Source of the DNA: Eledone cirrhosa
Lineage: Eukaryota
DNA: 64,000 bases
Direction of reading: 5' to 3'
NCBI GenBank assembly: GCA_964016885.1
Contig: OZ024758.1
Span: forward strand, 3,410,001-3,474,000
Shown: positions 28,479-41,920 of the stretch, piece after piece
How positions within the stretch are numbered: position 1 is the first letter of the stretch
Layout of the letters: every line of letters begins with the position of its first letter
Translations under genes and position numbers: made by a program
Notes under the pieces: model-generated
The model's input: the letters and a program-made list of their open reading frames with translations, nothing else
Databases searched by the model: none
What the model was told of the DNA's origin: nothing

Positions 28479-29554
28479 ATATGGGGGGGGGTATGTATGA
28501 GGACACACTGTCTGTGCCTATCATAATACCAAATTAATTAGTTGATACATATATGTCATTAACATTTTAGATACATTAGCTGCCATGAAAAACTGTAATG
28601 TAATGATTAACATCATGTGAATAAAGAAAATATATAATCTCATGTTTTAATCTCATGCAGACATATTGGATTCGCAGTTGGGTCTTTTTGTGTAACGCCA
28701 TGGCTATTGTAGCGGCTTTTATGTTCTGATTGTGGCATAGATTAACGATATATTGTTGTTACTGACAGTGTGTTTGCTGGTCATGTTGTTGCTCGTTTGG
28801 GTAATATAACCCCTACTATTTTCGACATTGATCAGTTTAGGGTCAGCTCTGACTGCTCGGAGATATAATTAAATGCATCTCACTCCATATGTTATGATAT
28901 GTAGTATAGATATATATTTTTCTAAAATGTCGCAGCTTGGTTTTCAATACTATTGTAAGATGCGAAAGCTTTTGCTGCGTATTTTACAGTTCACTAAACT
29001 GACTAGGATCTACCACATGTGGTTAATTTTACCGTTGATTTGAAATATATATATGTAATTTGACATTTGAGCAGAAGTATTGCTTGTTATCCCTTTAATT
29101 CCTGCTGTAATGTGACATGAGTAAACAACAAAAACAGCATCATATGTGTCGAAAGTTGAATACATTTCTCTCCAAGCATTGGCATCACGTTTATAACTGG
29201 GCATCTCTATTTCAGCAAGCAAGTTTCACTTTCCTTCAATCGAGAATTGAATACAAATAAACACACTAGAAACAATTCCCAAATCTTCCCGAATTTGTAT
29301 GTTGTTGGTCCCTGACAAGACACCACACACCAACTCTTGATCAAATTAAAAGTTGTTTTGTACCTCACGCACCGGCATCTATCTCAGTAACTTTCTACCA
29401 GCTTATTTCCCCCCAGAATGAGTGGATCTGAAACAATTCAAACAGAATATTAGCTGCATCAAACGGTGTTTGATAAAAATACCATACACACGAAAATAGC
29501 AATTCCACGCCAGAACAGAGTACGGCAGTAATATATCGTGCTCAGCATATATTG

Positions 29555-29742
29555 ACAGTAGATCTACATTCGTCAAATTGGACCGAGGAAACAATGTTTC
29601 CGTTGGTCTTTCCAATTGCTAATACTATCTATCTGTCGTAACTCCAGGTAGGAGCAACGGACATAACGCATCGAACTCACAAGAGTAATCGAACTCACAA
29701 CCTCACGATTGCGAATCCAATTCCCTTACCACTGAGTCACGG
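29555..29742 (-). mobile_element. Second tRNA-headed SINE family copy
   Basis: Homologous to 9377-9590. Confidence 0.75.
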
Positions 29743-30140
29743 GTCTTCATAAAATATCTATATTTCTGCACTCAGTGAAATTCGTAGGTTCCTCTAAGCT
29801 GGACGATTTTAGAGAAATACAATACAGTTTACTATTCAAAATTGTCAGTAAAAATAGTGAAGCGGGCAGAATATTTTGGGGATACAGCTTTCCAAGAAAT
29901 TCACCTTATTCCAATATGTGAAAGCTTCTAATATATTCAATATATTCCAATAACGTAATATCTGACTTCTCTCAGCTTTCATTTTGTCTCTTTTTTAATG
30001 GTACATATCTTATATCCATCTGGCACCGCAATACATTTGGAACATAGCCAGATGTGTGATTGTAATTAATTTCACGAAGGTAGATATATATTTTTTCATT
30101 GCTATTGGTGTTGTTATTTCATATTATTTATTTTATTCAT

Positions 30141-30174
<34 letters not shown>

Positions 30175-32211
30175 CCATCTTTCTGCCAACCATAAGCATT
30201 TTTAATCAGTTGTGACAGTACAGCTATCATAAAGTAGTGGGAAATAGAGTAGTTGTGATGGTTAGGTTTATATAAGTTATCTACCGTATGTAATATCCAG
30301 CTAGGATATACTTTTTTATTAATGGACATACGTTTATATTACACCGCTCTTTGATAAACTACAGGGCCCAAAAAATGTGGTCAGAGTGGAATTCGTATGT
30401 TAGTGTGTTACATAGAAAAAATATTAAAATCAACCGAGGAAGTATTTATTTTATTAATCATAAAATATCAGTATGCCATGCATGATTTTCATATGGAAAT
30501 AAGACATGTACATTACTGGGAACGGAATAAAATATATAAACAACAAATTTATCCTAAATTATTAGAGGGAAATGATGTAAATGGATGAATAAATATATAT
30601 ATGTGAATAAATGTATATATAATTAGATAAACCGCACATAGAAGAGGGGATTGCTTTCAAAGCCGGTCTCCAACATGCTTCTATTTAATGTGGTTCAATG
30701 CCAGAGATATTGGTTTAGACATTGAAGAAAAGGATATCATAAAAAAAAACAGAACGTTGTATAAAACAAACTCAGGGCATGTGATAAAATACATCTCACG
30801 GTCTTAACGTAATGTTTTCTAAAACAATATATATTCTCATTCCTATATTTTTGCGTCATCTGAAGCATATTTACTTAGCAGCCATATACAATATATAGAT
30901 GGGTCTGATGCTCACATTAAGATGTACCAAGTTGACATAATGAGAATATTACACCTCTTACACCGGACACAGCCACCTAGCTTCAAATAAAACGCTGTAT
31001 GTAACAGTAATAGCTTACTATGATAAAAAACATTTATATTAAAGTTCTATGAAAAGGAAGTTACGGCCACTTAAATAAACAGAGCTTAAAGCAGACAAAT
31101 TCTTATGAGAACAAAGTGTATTAAATACAGTATTCAATATTTTTTATGGCAGTTGTATCATTTTTCATGTGTATTTTCTCGTTAGTTTTCCATTTTCTTT
31201 TATGTATATATTTTTTTCTTTTGCCTTGTTTCAATAGGTGTAATTTATATCTAGAAATGAAACAGATTATCCAATAAGCTCATAAATTATCGAACCATAA
31301 CTGTACACGTGTATGAAGCCCCCTTTTGCATGCATATAAATTTCACAAACGAACACGAAAATATTTATTCACCTTCACTTACACACACTCAAACACACCC
31401 ATACACACACCCACACACCCACACATACACTCACATATATAAACATACAAATATAAATATACACACACACACACATATATATGTATATATATTTATATAC
31501 ATATACACATATATAAACACAAACACACATATATATAAATATGTATACATATATATATGTTTGTGTGTGCATGTATGTATATGTATATACATACATATAT
31601 ATATCTACACCCACATATATATAAGGGGTATATTTAATGTATAATGTTATTATTCTTTAGTATCAAGACACGTGTCGGGCAACGATCACATTCTAACAAA
31701 CCAAACATTAAGCACATCAGTACCACCTTATTAAAAATGCATGTTCATTATTAGTAAGGCCGATATCTCAGGCTGTCGGTGTTTCTAAGAGGATGTTTGA
31801 ATAAATCAAATTTGACAAAGAGACAGGGGAATATCTCTAGAGATCACAGAGAATCTAGAAGTATTTGTTTCTCTTTCATATACGGAATCCCTCCTATTAT
31901 CACTCAGGGATTTCCTGGTCTGAAGTAGCCGACATAAATATGTTTGTGTTGTTGCATCAGACAATATCTGTTTGTTTTATAATCATATCTTGTATGTATA
32001 TCTATAATCACATTTGTATATTAGCTGTCACAATGGAATGATAGCTTGGAAAAACACACGTTGGTAGATGATGTGATATTTGCAGTTTATTATTTTATCA
32101 ACAAGATTCTTAATTATTTATAGAGTGAAACCAACTAGTTTTGTTTTTAATGTTATTTCTATGTTGATCATATTTAGTATATTATGACGATCACGTTAGT
32201 TACGCGTATAG

Positions 32212-32426
32212 TAATGGTTTCTTATTTAGGCACAAGACCAGCAATTTTTGTGGGGAGGGGAAAGTCGATTAAATCGAACCTAGTGTGGTACTTTAATTCA
32301 TCGACCCCGTAAGGATAAATGGCAAAGCTAACATCCGCAGGATTTGAGCTCAGAATGGAAAGGGCAGTGACTCAATGCTACTAAGCATGTTTTCCGACGC
32401 TCTACCCACACTGCCAATCCACCGAC
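32212..32426 (-). mobile_element. Main SINE (long-tail variant) with TSD
   Basis: TAGTTACGCGTATA and TAGTTACACGTATA flank the copy. Confidence 0.9.
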
Positions 32427-32875
32427 ATAGTTACACGTATATTAATATTATGGAAATTATATTTCAACAGTTTTACTGGAAACCGGCGTGCACAAAGTTT
32501 ATTTCTCGGTTATAAGTTCCACTGTTAATTCGTTTTTAAAAAATCTTATTAATGAAAGCTTATAGCTGATTTAACATTGAATAAAGATATTAAATGAAAA
32601 CTTTTAATACCGCATGAGTTATAAACTGTTCGATGTTGGCCGCCAGAGCCCCTTAAGGATTAATTCAAAGATCATTTGCATCCTAACACAATAGATAGTT
32701 CTATTTATAAATATTCTTGAATATAAATCGTCTAAACCGAAATAAGTACCAACACTCTTTGCTGAAATCATTCAAGAAAATTAAGTGGTAGATACTATAA
32801 TAAATACTATAATTTAATTTGGAATATATTTAACTAAACAGTATATTTTATGATTACCAGTGAATTGAATACAGA

Positions 32876-33058
32876 ATTGTTTCTACTTTTGGCACAAGGC
32901 CAGCAATTATCCCAGTGCATTACTGGCACTTTATTTTATCGACTCCATGAGGATGAAAGGCGAAGTTAATCTCGGCGGGATTTGAACACCGATCATAAAG
33001 GGCCGTAACTCTTTTCTGCAAAACATGGCGTCCGACCCTCTACCGATACTGCCAATCC
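32876..33058 (-). mobile_element. Main SINE copy
   Basis: Reverse complement of the consensus. Confidence 0.9.
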
Positions 33059-33205
33059 TACATAATGACAATTGTCTAACTGTTATAATGTTTTCCGGTT
33101 TTAAATTTGTAGGACATTATTTCAGAGAACATTTGTTGGTGTTTTTCGCAGGTAGAAGTGCCGTCTACTGAGTTTACCTAGCTGAAGCAGCGAGACAAAA
33201 GTTTG

Positions 33206-33245
<40 letters not shown>

Positions 33246-36162
33246 TATTTGTAGATGAGATCCGAAAACCTATCATTGGCATAGAGTGGACACCTAATTG
33301 ACCGAGGTAATTCGGTATAATCCATATCTTGGAACATATAAATATAGCCAATACAAACCAAAGAAACACATTCATCTAATATATGTAAAATATAGAAACA
33401 CGATAAGATAAATAGAAAATATAGTAAAATGATGACATGAAGGAAAAGGATACAGAATCGGAGAAATAATGTATAGTTTTGTTTTGAATGTTGGTATTGT
33501 CTACAACTGAAAATAAAGGGGAATATACATACATACATTATTCATTTTGAATTTTGTTTTCGAACAAGAATTTTTAGTGTATTTCCATTCGTATCTTCGA
33601 AAAGATCATTGTGAATATATTTGGCGATGAAATAATATATACTTCAAAATGTAACAGAAATAAATAGTCCACACTTAATTTATTATTGCAATATATTGAA
33701 GAGGTCACATGTTAGCACATATTTCATAAAGATATGGGAAACTGTACTCTTAGATATATTTTAGAATCACCTATATTGATGTTAATTGGAATTCCTCTTC
33801 CATCCTCAACACAAAAAAAAAAATTAACGTACTCAGTTATAGAGTATCATATAAGTTATGGCAGCAACAAATACTCAGAAACATTATTAAATATTTGGAG
33901 AAATTTATGAATATTGTACAATTCTTTCCACCTCTAGTATCAATTCTATATCTCACTATATATGTTGCACCATAAAATATTACTTCAACCAAATAGTCTT
34001 AAATTTCATTTTATACTCGATATCCATACAATTTATATTATATAATAAATCCTAATTTGGATTCCATTCTCTAGAGTGGTGTGTAGTTTAGTTATTTAGT
34101 AGTTTAGTAGTTCAGTTTCAAAAGAATGTTAGTAAAGATTACAATATATTATCTGTCCACTAGAAATGTCATTCATTCCTTCATATGAGTACCAGCACTC
34201 TTGTCTTTATTGCAGACTTATGTACAGTATAACCACAACCATATATATATATATATGTATAAACATGTCTTCTCCTTCCACTAGAAACGTCTTTTATCAT
34301 TCATATCAGTTCCACCACTATTGTCTGTGCCAGTTCTGATTTTAATATGTGGCTACGTGTATTTGCTCATGCACGTATTGTATCCTTATAGTCCTTGCAT
34401 ATTAATGTGCTATAGAAGTATGACAATAACGCAGCATTCTAACACTTCAAATACTTGTAAAATGACAGAGATATATGTTACTATAGCATCGGATTTATTC
34501 ATTTATCTTCATGTTAGTTATAAGAATTCTCTCGGTTATATTTTCATCTAGTAAATTAACATCGTATCCTAAAGATCGGTATGACCCATGAGTTTAATTC
34601 TACAGTTACCTGAGTTACACACTAAGTCCAACCATTCCATATCTATCTTCAGAAGTGTTTAGCAACTGAAACTATATCTGATGTTCGAATGTTAAATGCT
34701 ATTCCAGAATCCTCACCTTGTAAAACTGATGATGCCACAGGTGTTTTGTTGTGAAAGTGTATCTTGAAGACACTTCCTATTTATTAATACAACTGATTCT
34801 ATGAACTAACCCCAGGAATATATTTATATATGTAGCTAATAACTTTCATATCATGGATTTGTATGGCTCTATTTTTTTGTTAGTATGTGTGTAGAATGTT
34901 TATGTGCAAATATATAATGGCATAATATTCTCTGTAAATTTAACCGCATATGTTTTTATCTCAAGATTACATAACTTCCGAGAACAGCCTAATTTATTTA
35001 TGTTCTCGCATATTGAATCAATATAATGTTTAATGATATAATCATAACATTGTATGAAAATGATAACAAATTATGAAAGATATGATTAAAATCACAGACC
35101 TCGAGATATCGATGTAGAAAAAAGAAAACCGTATAGGAAATTGATGTGCCTCTGACAATCTCAGGAAAGAAAAGGAATATAGGCCGCAGCACACCTTATT
35201 CCTCTTACCGTGTTAACAATTTTAATTCTAAAGTTGTTTTGTTTTGGGGAATGAATTTTGTTTGATTGGAATATAGGAAATATATAACATTCATTTGCAA
35301 ATTTATATTTCTCGCTCACTTCTTTCATTCTATTTTATAATCCTCTTATATAATATTTTAATTTTGTTTCAGTTTAATCATAAAATCATATCACAGTTTT
35401 CAAAAGAAATTTTATTTCTCATTTTTATTTGAACATTGTGTTTTAATACTTGCGCGTAATCCCTATCCTTAATTATAAAGGTTACTTATATTACGGCTGT
35501 GTATTGATTACATTTCTTGTGTTATGGTAAACGCGGAGCATGGAAGTCAAAATCAATAACATCCAATTTAGAAGGTAGAAAGCCACATGACGTGATGTAA
35601 AGAAAGAACCACTCTCTATATTCTGTGACCGAATCTTTTCAGTGATATTTCCTTTAAGTAGCTAACAATGTTCAATAACTTGTTATGCAACGTCTATTTA
35701 AACACAGGTTTAAGATTCATGTCAAAAAAGATAAGAATATAAAATGCAAATGTTATATATGCATATGCTATCAAAATACTTCACACATGCATAGAAACCA
35801 GACATATACACATCCGCACACATACACACATAAATATATATATATACACAGAATGTTCTTTCAAATGTATACCCACTTCATTCTAATAAATATTACCTGT
35901 AGGGTAACCAAAATATGCATACATTTTTGTGGGCACACACATACACCCACGCACACACGCATACACGCATACACGCATACATACATACACATACACACGT
36001 ACACAAACACACACGCATACATATATCTATATATATATATATGGTAGTAATATTGGTGCTCTGAGATAGCGATGTATATATGAATGTATATATAGAAAAT
36101 TTGATAATATACTGTAAGTTTATTTAAAACATTTTGAAAACCATTCGCCCTAGATTTTAAAG

Positions 36163-36335
36163 TAGTGACGGACTGAGTCTAAAAATATTTGCCAGGAGAT
36201 GAAGGGGGCCCGCCTACGTCTAGAATGCTATCGTTTGAAAAAAACAGTGCAATCAAATTTTGAGGGGAAATATCTTACATCATAATTTTTATTGGAGAAG
36301 GTGTTTTGCGAAATCCAGAGACTTTCAATAATGAC
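36163..36335 (+). mobile_element. Left part of a non-autonomous DNA transposon related to 37051-37757, interrupted by the foldback element
   Basis: TAGTGACGGACTGAGTCTAAAAATATT..AGATGAAG..GGCC..ACTTTCAATAATGAC aligns with 37051-37253. Similarity resumes briefly at ~36805. Confidence 0.65.
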
Positions 36336-36803
36336 CAGAAGTCGACCCTAAATATTACTAATAGCTCTAGGAAATCCATGAAGACACCATATCTTTTGAA
36401 CTTTGATTTTGAAAGTAGGTTTATAATTACCAATTTTCATTATACCTTTGTAGATGTCTTCCTGGCCTAGTTGCAGGAGTCATAGACGGTGGTGTTCCTG
36501 GTCTGAAGTTCGATTCTGGTCGGGAGTAGGGCTCCCGGTAAACCTTTCAGTTTTTTTTATGGGTTTTCTTATGGTTTTTAAAATAAAAACTGAAAAAGTG
36601 TTCATGTACCTCTGGACCAGGATTGAACCCAAGGCCAGGTTCTCCACCGGCTCTAGTATCTACCACTAGGCCACAGAGACAACTACGAAAATCTTATGAA
36701 AATTCATACTTATAAACCTACTTTCAAAATGTTCAAAACAAAGTGTTGTGGTGTCGTTCGTGTCTTTCTTAATGTTATTGCTCCTACTTAAGGTCGACTT
36801 CTC
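36336..36803. mobile_element. Foldback (whole-length palindromic) element with two inward-facing tRNA-like segments
   Basis: AGAAGTCGACC/GGTCGACTTCT termini; ATTTTGAAAGTAGGTTTATAA/TTATAAACCTACTTTCAAAAT arms. TGGCCTAGT(T/G)G...GTTC(G/A)AT.CTGGTC on opposite strands at ~36463-36521 and ~36615-36673. Confidence 0.75.
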
Positions 36804-37050
36804 AATCATTTTGGTGTTCCATAAACTACATCCTCGTTTTGATTCTCATCTATCTAGACTATATTTTAACCTGTAATACATATTTAATTTCAGTTCCACC
36901 TCATTTGACACCCCCTCTCTCTCTCTGTGATTGAATCTACTAGGATTGGGGCTTACCTTATTCCTATATATATATGTTTCGGCATGTCAGTTAGTTTCAA
37001 ACTTACAATGATTGGCATTATATATGTATATATATATACATATATATATA

Positions 37051-37274
37051 CAGTGGTGGACTAGGTCTAAAAATATTGGTTACCAGATGAAGCGGGCCGA
37101 CCTACTTATAGAATGATATTATTTAACATTTATAATGAATAAATAAAATTTTCAAAAAATACATAAGTGGTTACAAAACAGAGCAATCATATTTTTATTC
37201 TCCAATAAAAGATATTATATATTTTGCAAAATCCAGTTACTTTCAATAATGACATTTGGTCTTTCATAATCACT

Positions 37275-37326
<52 letters not shown>

Positions 37327-37390
37327 ATTTGACATATGTTATTAACCCATTGAAACCAAATATATTTGGTCAGCAGTTCGTGTGTAAGTA

Positions 37391-37435
<45 letters not shown>

Positions 37436-37757
37436 TTGTCTGTGTCTATATATGTGTGATTGCATGCATGAATACACTAAGCTTTAGATTTAGTAGAATG
37501 CACAATCACTGATTCTAGCTATTGGCAATATTGTATATTTTGGTTTTCTAGTAATTCCCTGGAGAATTGGTTTACCAAATGCTTTGCTTAATTGTTCTAT
37601 CATTATTTTAAAACGATGTTATTCTTTCCCTTAGATTTCAGGTATTTTTTGAAAGCAAACATTGGCCCCTAAAATACTACAATGGGTCCTGCAGTGCTAC
37701 TGTGGGCTCTTGCAATGTTACCGTGGGCCCCCTGGGATCCTGGCAAGTCCGCCACTG
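37051..37757. mobile_element. Non-autonomous TIR DNA transposon (hAT-like CAGTGG termini)
   Basis: CAGTGGTGGACT ... AGTCCGCCACTG, an 11/12 inverted match. No TSD recognisable; superfamily is inferred. Confidence 0.55.
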
Positions 37758-37836
37758 GTGAGATAGTCACTACATTAAAATTCATAGCGAATGATAATCA
37801 AAAATACAGTATGTTATTATATCTACTATACATACA

Positions 37837-37888
<52 letters not shown>

Positions 37889-38657
37889 CATATATAGTAT
37901 GCACTCTCACACTCACACATATGTGTGTGTCAGTCTCTCTGTCTGTCTGTTCGTATGTTTGTGTGTGTATGTATTATGACGTGGGTTTCAATAATGATAA
38001 GTTATAGTGATATTCATATGACATCCATAATGAATGTTATTTCAAAACAAAGCCCAAACATATATTGAAAACGAGTTCAGTTTTCGATAACTCTCTCCTT
38101 TCTTTATCATTTTAGAAAGGAATTACTGGAGAACAATGTTGCAAGAATAATGTTTATCTGACAAAACTGATAGATATAATCACTTATATCGGACAGTTTT
38201 GTTTATCGAACACCATTGATCGGTAGAACATTAGACGACGTAGTAAATATTGATAAAATCATCTCGACGTGATTTGAATTTCATAGCAACTTCAATTGAT
38301 CAGAGTCGTCTATTTATTTCATTGCCTTAATTTAATTTCATTCAGTTTGTTTTTTATGTATAATGGATTTTGGGGTTAGGGTTATTTCTGTACCAGGCAA
38401 GCATGAATTGCACCTGTAATATGAAGGGCAAGCATTTTCGTATTCTTCGTCACGTTGAATTAACCTTACAACTAAGTTAACGGTATGCGTGTTTGTAGAA
38501 TGGTCAGACACTTGCACATACAGTTAAAGAGCAGGCTCTTTCGTGGAGCGGATGAGTCACGTATGCACAAATCTGGAAGCGTCACACACATACATACATA
38601 CATACATACATACATACATACATACATACATACATACATACATACATACATACATGA

Positions 38658-38857
38658 ACGAGTAGGACCCCGACGGCTGAGCTCAAGCCGTTTCGACGGC
38701 TAATTTTGGACTGAATTCTGAGTCCAGAATTAGCCGTCGAAACGGCTTGAGCTCAGCCGTCGGGGTCCTACTCGTACTTACTACCCACTCTACTACCCTA
38801 AGTATTGAGTAATTTGGTGCGTTATGGTCCACATGGTTCCTTACCACATTTCCTTCG

Positions 38858-38860
<3 letters not shown>
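38658..38860 (+). mobile_element. Family A element, best preserved: 55-bp-arm hairpin, body and (TA)n
   Basis: Arms 38658-38712 and 38721-38775 with 1 mismatch. The right arm contains GAA-ACGGC-ttgagctca-GCCGT-C (hammerhead stem III plus GUC). Confidence 0.9.
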
Positions 38861-38911
<51 letters not shown>

Positions 38912-40240
38912 ATTTATGATGGCTGCCATTCTATTTCGAGTAATGCCATACTTTGATACTTAAGCATAGGCATGATGGATGTGACGTAGTAGTCCTTCTA
39001 GGGACGTGCCTATGGCCAGCAAAGTTATGAATCGTAAGAAATGTCACACCAGCCTTCCCTGATTCGTCATTGATGCAAAAGGGTGTTTATTGTTGCTGCT
39101 CTTCTTATTTGCTCTTCGTCTCTTAATGTAGGTTTATCTAGGATCTTCGTCAGTAGAATTTCGAGATATCTCTTAAAAACATCTATATGCATACCATGTA
39201 GAACTCTCAGACACTAACACCAGCTTTTTAATAAGCTGTGAATGTAGAAACCATTATGCCATCAGCAAATAATCAATGTGAAGTAATTATATATCCATGT
39301 TTTTCTAATATTTCAGGGAGTAAAAGTCATGTGTAGACTAAATGTTTTTCGTTATATAACTTTCTATTAATAGCATCGAAAACACATATCCGTTCTGGTG
39401 ACCATCCTCGGAATATGGATATTCGTGTACGATCTGTATTATTGATTCTAGGGTATATATATATAACGTTTGATTTATATCTATGAAACAAAGTTTGAAG
39501 CATGAACCTATGTTTACGAATAATTGAAAACGGACGCACATACACACTCACACACACACACGTATATATATATGTGTGTGTGTATGTGTGTGTGTCCATC
39601 TGTGTGTGTGTGTTTGTGTGTCCATCTGTGTGTGTGTGTGTTTGTGTGTCCATCTGTGTGTGTGTGTGTTTGTGTGTCCATCTGTGTGTGCGTTTGTCTT
39701 TGTGTGTCTCTGAGAGAGAGAGAGAGTATTCGTGTATGCGTGATTCTGAACATTATCTATGTAAATCTTCTATAATATAAACATTAGTTTTATGAATTCA
39801 ATATTTTCAGCTGTTAGGAGAATATATATGCATATTTATGTTGATTATTAAAATGTAAGCTATTCGTGTTAGTATATGTTTTAATGCGACTACTAGGCTG
39901 TTTTTTTTTCTTTTCTTTATACTGAATCTTCTCGTAAGTTGATAAGTTTACATGTATACTGTTGAAACATTTAACCTCAAAAAGCGAATAGACAGTATGG
40001 TATATACAAAGATTTCTCTGCAGAATGCACCAGAGAGTAACACTTTTATGATGAACAGAATCTATTTAAGGAATTGTCTGAGACATACAAGTGTACATGT
40101 TCCATATATAGTTGGTAGCTATTGTTTATTTTATGTAAAAATCCAAGTCGAAATTACGTATGATGGGCTATTAGCCCCCAGGAAATTCGAGTGTTAAACA
40201 TTTGCATACGTCCATGTTAAATATACACACACACACACAC

Positions 40241-40275
<35 letters not shown>

Positions 40276-40318
40276 TACACACACATATATATATATATAT
40301 ATATATTGAATACAGAAG

Positions 40319-40371
40319 TGGCTTCTACAGGGCTAGAACTGTTTCATTCGGGAGATATCATCAAGAAGCCA
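40319..40371 (-). ncRNA. Type I hammerhead-like motif, family B (C3->U)
   Basis: Minus strand: TGGCTTC-TTGATGA-tatc tccc gaat-GAA-ACAG ttctagcc CTGT-A-GAAGCCA. Confidence 0.65.
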
Positions 40372-40680
40372 ACTGTCCAAGTAATATGTTGGTATTCATA
40401 CATTTTCTGGTGTTAGGAGAGGGTGGTGATTGGGATGGGTGGAGGTCATTGTTTGATGGATTTAAAGAAAAGGGAATTCTTTAAAAGCTATATTTAGAGA
40501 ACAAAGGCAGAAAGAATTCAAGCTAAGTTTCTGTAGACGGGTTCACACTTGGTGTGTGTGTGTGGGGGGGGGGGGGGGGGTTCTTGATTTTTTAAGGTGC
40601 ACTTAAGCTAACAATTATATATATATATATCAGAATAAAACGAGGAAGTTTCGTTTACATGTATAAGATTGTGTATCGAT

Positions 40681-40774
40681 CTGTTACGCGCGTTTCGCAT
40701 AGCATTGACACGAAGTCACTGGTAGGAATTATAGTTATAGAATCGACTCAATTATCGATCTGCTCTTCAGACTG
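40681..40774 (-). ncRNA. Type I hammerhead-like motif with ~67-nt stem II domain
   Basis: Minus strand: CAGT-CTGAAGA-GCA...TGC-GAA-AC GCGC GT-A-ACAG. The palindromic stem III is typical of PLE minimal hammerheads. Confidence 0.55.
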
Positions 40775-41731
40775 GCCAAAACATATAGCTTTATATGTCT
40801 GTTTTTGTGTTAAGCATTTATTTGTGTGTGAATTTATTCACAGTTAGTATAGTTTGTTATATATTTCAATTATTTTATATATATGTACAGTATTCTTCTT
40901 AGGGGTAACATTTATTTGAAAGGCGTTGCCACCTATCTAGCCATTACAATAAGGTATTTTAGGGCAGGTATGTAACAACATATACCATATATGAAATCAT
41001 GTCTACAAGCTGCTTGCTTATTGAAGAGAACATGAAAGAATAAAGGATTATCTTCACAGTTATATAAACAAATAATGATTAGAGAATGTTCAACAGAATT
41101 ATATTTATAATCTGTCTTTAGAAAGTTTATCACATTGTTGTCTTTTGCTCCAAGAATGTGTATTATTTCTTAAAACATTAATGTTGCTCCAATTATATAT
41201 GTTTCATATCCCGTGATTCTATTCTTTGAATATTGTGTTTTCTTGTATCTATACAATAATTTTATGGTTTCCTATGATGTCACAGAATATAATCTCCTAT
41301 GATTTATTATTCCCTACATTGTACAGTACACATGTTATGTTAGAATTATACTGAGTCAAGTATAAGCTTTTTATTATATACATGTTTTCAAGTGAGACAT
41401 CGGCTGAAGATACTCATTAATCGTAGTCAATGATGTTCACACTATAAGCAACTCAGCATATTCAGGGGATGGTTCGTAGGGAAGAAGATATAAGATCTTA
41501 GTTTATCCTTGTTTTATGATGTGGTAATAGTTTTCTATTTAGTTGGAGAAGTGTACCGATTGTGTGGTTATTTCTGTTTACCATTTACATATATACATAC
41601 TTACACATACACACGAACTACTGACCAGCTTATTCTTGTCTCAGTACCAAGCGTCAAAATGTTGCCAATGACAAATAAAAAGCTAGAAATTCTTGCCTAA
41701 CATTCGCTTACGTTAAAGCAAAAGTAATAAA

Positions 41732-41920
41732 TAATTGTTTCTACTATTGGCACAAGGCCAGCAATCACCCAGTACATTACTGGTACTTTATTTTATCGAC
41801 CCCGTAAGGATGAAAGGCAAAGTTAACCTCGGCGGGATGTGAACTCAGAATGGCAAGGGCCGTAACTCTATGCGTCAAAGCATGGCGTCTGACCCTCTAC
41901 CGATACTGCCAATTCACCGC
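41732..41920 (-). mobile_element. Main SINE, full length, with 18-bp TSD
   Basis: GCAAAAGTAATAAATAAT at 41718-41735 and 41919-41936. Confidence 0.95.
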
